From: Klebsormidium nitens
Taxonomy: Eukaryota > Plantae > Klebsormidiophyceae
Direction of reading: 5' to 3'
DNA length: 64,000 nt
NCBI GenBank assembly: GCA_000708835.1
Contig: DF237228.1
Coordinates: 1-64,000, forward strand
In this document: positions 58,005 through 64,000 of the stretch, piece after piece
Layout of the letters: each line of letters starts with the position of its first letter
Numbering within the stretch: position 1 is the first letter of the stretch
Notes under the pieces: model-generated
What the model was told of the DNA's origin: nothing
The model's input: only the letters and a program-made list of their open reading frames with translations
Database searches by the model: none
Program-made: the position numbers and the translations under genes

Positions 58005-61000
58005 CTACCCAGCCATTCCCGCATCATAGCTTGCCTTTTTCCTTGGATCTCGGAGGACCTGGTAAGCTTGCGAAATCTTCTTAAATTTCTCCTCTGCTTT
58101 AGCTTTTCCTTTTGGATCCTGCAAGAAGAAAACTTGAGAGGCAGTCAGGTACATGTGGCAGCAGCAAAAACCTCCGGTCTTAAGGCTGCTTACCTTCGTA
58201 ACGGAGACAATGGACGGGATTGCAGTCGATGGCTCGCTTCAAAGTGCATCCGGGAATGGCAGAAGTTCTTTAGAAAGAGAGATGCAGAGACACTGGTCCT
58301 CGTCGATGCACCAAAAGTCCGCAAAACTACGCAGACACCTCGAAAAAAGACCGACTCTTGACTCGTCCGGCGCCGACAGAGAGCCGCACCTGGCCGTGCC
58401 GGTCTGGATGCCACTCGAGGGCGAGACGCCGGAAGGCGGCCTTGATCTCTTCTTCGGACGAGCGCGGGCCCTTGGCCAGGCCCAGCTCCTTGTAGTACCC
58501 GAGCGGGTCACCAGGCGGCGACCCGGGCTGGCGCGCCTGGCCAACCACGACCAAACAGCGCGTCATTGCAAGGATCCGAAAATCCCAATTCTGTGACTTC
58601 TTTTGGGACGGGCCTTGCGCACACGGGATACCCGCCAGGGGTGCTGGACTGGAATGTAACAGAGCTTCCCAAGCAAGTCGTTCAGCGAGACTGCCACCGC
58701 AGTGCAGAAAAGCGGGTCGAGTCCCCTTGGGCCGCCTTGCTGGGCAGCTGCCCGCGTTCTCCTACTGATGGGCCCGGATCGTCTGGGTGACCTGTCCTCT
58801 TGTTTCGCCCAATCGACTCGACTTTCCGCAGTGAACAACCAACAACTATGATTGCCACTCGAACATTGCTGCTTCTCAAAACGTGTCCCAGTGGGTTCGG
58901 TCGGTTGCGGCTCACCTGGTACTGCGCCCCGCCCCGCCCCCTGCGCGCCTGCTCCTCGTACGCCTGCTGCTGCTGCCGCTGCCGCTCGCCCTGGCGCCGC
59001 GCATCGAAGCCGCTGCGGTCGTACTGCTGCTCCCACTGCGGGGGCACCCCGAAGGGGCCGAAACCGGGGCCGCCTTGTCGCCGGAACTGCTCCTCGAACT
59101 CGCGCAGGATGCGCTCAAACTGCGCGTTCATAGCCCCACCCCTGCACACATGTCCTGCCGCGTCAATTGATTGGGGCCAATGGGCTCGGGACTACTCCCA
59201 CACAACCGCGGGCCAAAGTAGCGGACTGAAATGAGCACGATTTGCCGAGAGTCCAATTTAAAGACAGCAAGGCTACTGGCGCCTAAAGGAGCAGCTATAC
59301 CTCCAACCGTCTCTGGTGATTGCCAATCTGAGTACGCACTTCTTCAAATAGATCCTTTGAAGCAGCAGCAGCGATGCCCGCGCCGTGCTGGCGATGCAGT
59401 GGCCCTCACCCGAAGTGTTGCCACTGCTGGTAGCGCGCCTGGCGCTGCCAGTGCTCGCGGCGCTCGCGCTCGTCATCGTCGTCGCCGAGGCCCGCCTCCT
59501 CCGCTCCGTGCCCGCGAGCAGCGCGCGCAGTGTCCTCAACCACGTCCCTGCCACACCCAACAGACACCGTCAGCAGACGAAGCTGGGCTACTGGCAAGGC
59601 CCGCAACAACCCGGGGCGAAAATGCGGCGCAGCGAGCAGTGTTCTATGCAACCGTTGAGGTCGGTCAAGGAGGGCACCAAGACGGGGCAACATTATTCGT
59701 TAGGCACACGCCATGTCATGTGCTCTGTCGGATTTGTCCAAAGATTCTGGGGAAACGAATGGTGCAGCGCAAAGCGTCTCCCCTTTCTTGGAACCATCTT
59801 AAGCGATCAGCGGGTCTCGCGTCCATTACAGGAGATAATGGCCGGTGTAAGGTCGGCGATTGAGATCCTCCGACCTGAATATGAATCCTATCTGCAGGTC
59901 AAGCATCGCTCTACAGGCGCAGTCGAGCGTGTGCGGTATGCGCGCACCTGCCGTGCTGCAGCTCCTTGATGTAGGCGGACACGCGGGGCAGCCAGCGCTC
60001 CGCCGCATAGCCCGCCAGGGCCGCCAGCCCCGCAACAAAGGCTGCGCCCCACACACCGCCAAACAGCGTGCCCCACCCCATATAGTGACTGGCCACGGTG
60101 GCAGCTGTCAGCCCTGTGGCCACCAGACCGCCCACCTGACACGAGCACAAGGGCAGCAACCGATCCGTCGAAGACATAGATACGAAAGTCGTTAGAAACA
60201 GCCGTCGGTTTCATAAGGCGAGCAAGCCCGGCAGGCCGATACGAACAGGGGCAGTCTTCCGACTTCGAACAAGAGATATCATGAGGGCCCTTGAGAAACA
60301 GGTAAGCATGATCGAGGCCCAGGAGTAAGCTGCGGTAGCGAAAGTAAGGAAGGGACTGGGGGACACGAGGTGGCACAGGGTCTTCGAGATACTGTTGTGT
60401 CAGGCCAGAGAACCAGCGAGCGGCAAAAGACAGCCGCTTGGACCCAACCAGTGGAACATTCCGCCAGATTTTTTGATGCACGTTGTTGCAGCTTGCTAAC
60501 CTTGAGCGCAGAGAGGTGCCGTTCTGCGCCGACCTCCCCAGTCGCGCCGTTGACGACCGCGCGGAAGAACTGGCCAGCATGCTGGTACTCCAGGATGTAG
60601 GCCGGCACGTAGATGGCGCGCGCACGCACCTCGTCGAACTGCATCTGCAGCTGCACGTTCTGCGCCCTGCAAAGCTCCAGCAAGCCCCTCGATCAGCCGC
60701 AAGGCAGTGCAAGCAACAGTCCCGGACTCGGAGAAGGGTCGCTTCTCCGGTCGTGCCAACATGGCGCAAAACGTGCTCATCGACGAAATTGAACAGCTAC
60801 AGCCTGGTCGAAGTGCAGCCTGAATTCAGGTCTTCTCGGGCAGTGGTTGCCGGCTGGACAATCTCCTTTCTTTCAATACAAGTCTTGCTCGGAGAACCAC
60901 CTCACTCGTCAACATGAACATATAGGCAACGAGACGAACGTATTTCCCGTCTTCTGGTACACTGCGTTAGGCACTTCGGCCCACCCTCGACAGAATCGAT

Positions 61001-62978
61001 CACGCATCAGTTGATCCTGTGACCGTCATGGGCCAAAGCGCTGCGCGAGGGTCGCCCGACTGTCCTCACTGGTCCGCATGGTACGTCGTTTTGAGCAGCT
61101 CCTCCGCACGGCGCACCTCCTGCTTCTGGATATTCTCGCGCACGCGCCGCCACGCAATTTCGCGCTTCATGGTGAACTCGTCCAATTCGCGCCCCTCTGC
61201 CAGCATGGCCCCCGTCAGGGGCTGGTTCTCCGCCACCAGGGACGGGCCTTTCAGGGGCGCCATGTACGCCTTTCGGTACCTGCGCAGAACGCCGCCTGGG
61301 GGACTTGACGCACGTACCGGACAGGACAATCCAGGTGACACGGAATTCATTCCTTAAGAGACTCCTGCTTGAAGCAGGATACACCAGGACTGCGTATCTT
61401 GTGATGACCAATTCAGAATCTTTCCAGGGCAAACAGTTCACAGCTCAGGTTGTTGACTTTGCCCTCTAGTGATGATGAGAGCCTTGACTGATGTCCTCCT
61501 CGGAGGCTAATAAACATGCTCTCTGATGGCGCGAAATAGGGACGTCTGGGGTGATCCCAGTGTGTGTACCTGTAGGATGCGTAGACCTGCATGTCGGGGT
61601 TGTCCCCGGGGTGGTCGTTGGTGAGGCTGTGCGTGTAGGGCGCCTGCCGCCACACGGTGCCGCTGCTAGTCTCATGGCGCTTTGTGGAGCTGTTGTATGT
61701 GCTGGTGCTGTAGTCAAACCCAATTTCGCCAGTGAAGAAGGTCGTGACTGCAGGAGAGGCTCGGCAGAATGGAGAGCGGCAAGAGTTGCCTCATGGCAAT
61801 AAGTCAACCCATTGCCCTACGTATGGATATGTGTATTTTGGCTTGTACTTCTTTCCTGCTTTTAGAGTCAACCATAAACTTGCCTTCAGACTGCCCTGCT
61901 GACTTTTTTAGGTTGTCAAGAGCCATTGTGCGCGCCCAAACGCAGCGTCAATTGAGCTTGAGAGTGAGCTTACCTTTGGCATCAAACACCCAGAATGGCT
62001 GGTATGCTGCCCTGATACTCGTGAAGGCGGCTCTGCCGGCGTGGTCCTCCAGCCCACTGATGGGACCCAGCCAGTGGCCCGCTGACCAGTCCTGCACCCC
62101 ACCGCACAGTCAAGCCACACCACCACGGCATCGTGAACTTTGGCCCTGTACTCACATGTACAATAGAATTTGTAATCATCCCAAGCCATGAGATGGTGGT
62201 GATCACCATGAATTATCAAAACCAAGTGCTGCCTTCCAAGATCCAACAATCAACAGTGTGAGCGAGTGGCAGCTGGAGCGAGCCAGAGTATAGCTGTGTG
62301 GCATACCTGGAAGCGGTGGATGGCATCGTCAGCAGTAATCTTGTACTGTAGAGCAGTGGCCCTCCTGGCACTAGCTTCCCCAATGTTCTCAAAGCTGGCG
62401 GCATTACGCCCCGAGGTGGAGTGCAGGCCGCGTGGCGACCCACCGCCGAGGCACCAGGCAGGATCCCAATTGTGGACTAGGCGCGTCAGAATCCCTGGTT
62501 CTAAGGCAGAAAAAGAAAGAGCACAGCCGCCAGACCTATGTGGAAACACACTGGAGTGATAGGAACCAGAGTGATAAGACTTGAAGGAGGCTAGTTCCAA
62601 CACACTTGCTCTCCTACCAAATCCTGCTGATGCAGATTCTGCACACATCGGTGCACATAAATGAGCATCGTGGCGTGGGCCAGTAAGATCATACATGCAG
62701 GGTTTACGGGTCAGAGCCTCCGGTGTCAGCACTGTTTTTGTCTGCCACCAGTCCTGTGCTCTAGCTCTACCTGCAGCACGATATGTGGCAACCCTGTCAG
62801 AAGGACATTCCTGGACTGGACAATGCTGACTAGACACAGTACTTTGCTGCAGTGCTCTTGAACACCTCATCAGGAGGTGCTGCACACGCGGCTGGCATCT
62901 CCGCACAACTACCGCCAGCGCGCTCACCAGCGCAGGGTCTTTAGGAATGAAAGACTCAAGAACCATAGACAGCGTCAT
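58005..62978 (-). CDS. Membrane protein with C-terminal DnaJ J-domain, about 10 exons
   Basis: Spliced peptides are QYKITADDAIHRFQ|DWSAGHWLGP..RAAYQPFWVFDAK|..DMQVYASYR|YRKAY..DEFTMKREIAW..|AIYVPAYILEY..VNGATGEVGAER, then a hydrophobic segment, then DPLGYYKELGL..SEEEIKAAFRRLALEWHPDRH|..AEEKFKKISQAYQVLRDPRKKASYD. Stop at 58005-58007. The start codon is uncertain. Confidence 0.85.
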
Positions 62979-64000
62979 CGTTTTCCAAACCCTTCATCTA
63001 CTAGCATTATAGACTGTGCAGCTAACCGACTACCTACAATGAACTTTTGAGCTTGAACACCATTCCATGAATCCTCGTACATGCTGCTGCATGCTGCTCC
63101 CCATTTGGTCTAGAGTCTAGAGATGTGGGCTTTGCACATACCGTAGGACGCTCATGCTGGGTTCAAGTGGTGTCAGGTGGCTCTCCATCAAGCGCCGCCC
63201 ATTTCCGGACAGAATACTGACACCAGTGAACTCATGAGTCAATCAGATTGTAGCAGAATCCACATGCCATGCATGCAAGTCGTGCCCTTTCCTGTTTCCA
63301 GGTTCCCATGCCGGACTGAGCTTCGTTCAAAGTGACCAGCTTTGCTCGTCTGCTTGTGTTCATTAAGCCGGGGCATGCAGATGATCCGGCCCAAACGTAG
63401 TGCACTGGATCTGAGGTTTGCCGCCAGCGCTCTGCAAAGGTCTTAGCTGCATGCCTAGGATCGGTAGGATGTCTAGGCTTATGTTATACCTGGCCGGATG
63501 ATGCGTAGAGGAAAGAATTTGAATTTGTTTCACTGGCAGCGGCATGGCCCGAAGCTAGAGATCAGAGGATGGTTACAAGATATATCTAGGATGGAACCTG
63601 AAATCATCTTCTAGATGCATTTTCTTGCATATAATGTACGATTTTGGCGGCTCGATCACGTATCAATCTCCGCTAACCATGTTCCAGTTGCCTGGTCAAC
63701 ATACTATTATGAGCCTGCCAGGGGATTTGTGCCCCTAAGTCAAAGCCACGCACCAGTCCACAATTTTGTCAATGAAACTATACAACATAGGTCAAGCCGT
63801 GGAGTCAAAAATCGCGCATGTTGAAACCTGTCCTGGTAACTAACTTTGCATTGGTTTACTTAGGATAGCTTTCGTCAAACTAGTAAGTCGCGACTTCGAT
63901 CTTAGCGAATGTTTGTAACGCCATCTCCTGCAACAGTCCGCAATCGAAGTACAAATTCAAGTACCTTTTGAAGCCAATTAGTATCTTTCCAGTTCTTCAA

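Noticed and set aside
61472-61530. ATGATGA...CTGA...CTGA resembling a box C/D snoRNA
   Set aside because: It is antisense to the host intron, lacks a terminal stem and has no recognised rRNA complement.
1-64000. CRISPR arrays, tRNA, rRNA or prokaryotic operons
   Set aside because: None seen. The sequence is eukaryotic with spliceosomal introns and has no regularly spaced repeat-spacer array.

Overview
Eukaryotic, intron-rich genomic DNA. Gene content (TOL1-type VHS-GAT, ACHT thioredoxin, group-II CONSTANS-like, PIRL, plant-type UCP, R2R3-MYB) and GC-rich exons with many GT-AG introns suggest a streptophyte green alga such as Klebsormidium; this is inference. The window has two halves. 1-25.4 kb is a transposon graveyard. 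It holds nested, decayed Ty1/copia fragments and LTRs (1-4.7 kb) and a full-length but mutated 7.3-kb tyrosine-recombinase retrotransposon (5459-12748) with split direct repeats A1...B1A2...B2, a shared TA junction and an antisense recombinase gene. It also holds an intron-containing gene for a poorly classified DDE/DxxH transposase (about 15.9-22.5 kb) with no TIRs that I could find, lying between two diverged direct repeats, plus several MITE-like pieces. 25.6-64 kb is gene-dense: RPS8 (+), TOL1-like (-), ACHT thioredoxin (+), a Tourist-like MITE, COL B-box/CCT (-), PIRL (-) head-to-head with UCP (+), R2R3-MYB (-) and a membrane protein with a C-terminal J-domain (-). Three N gaps limit the reading. 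Gene spans include introns, and exon models were built by eye.
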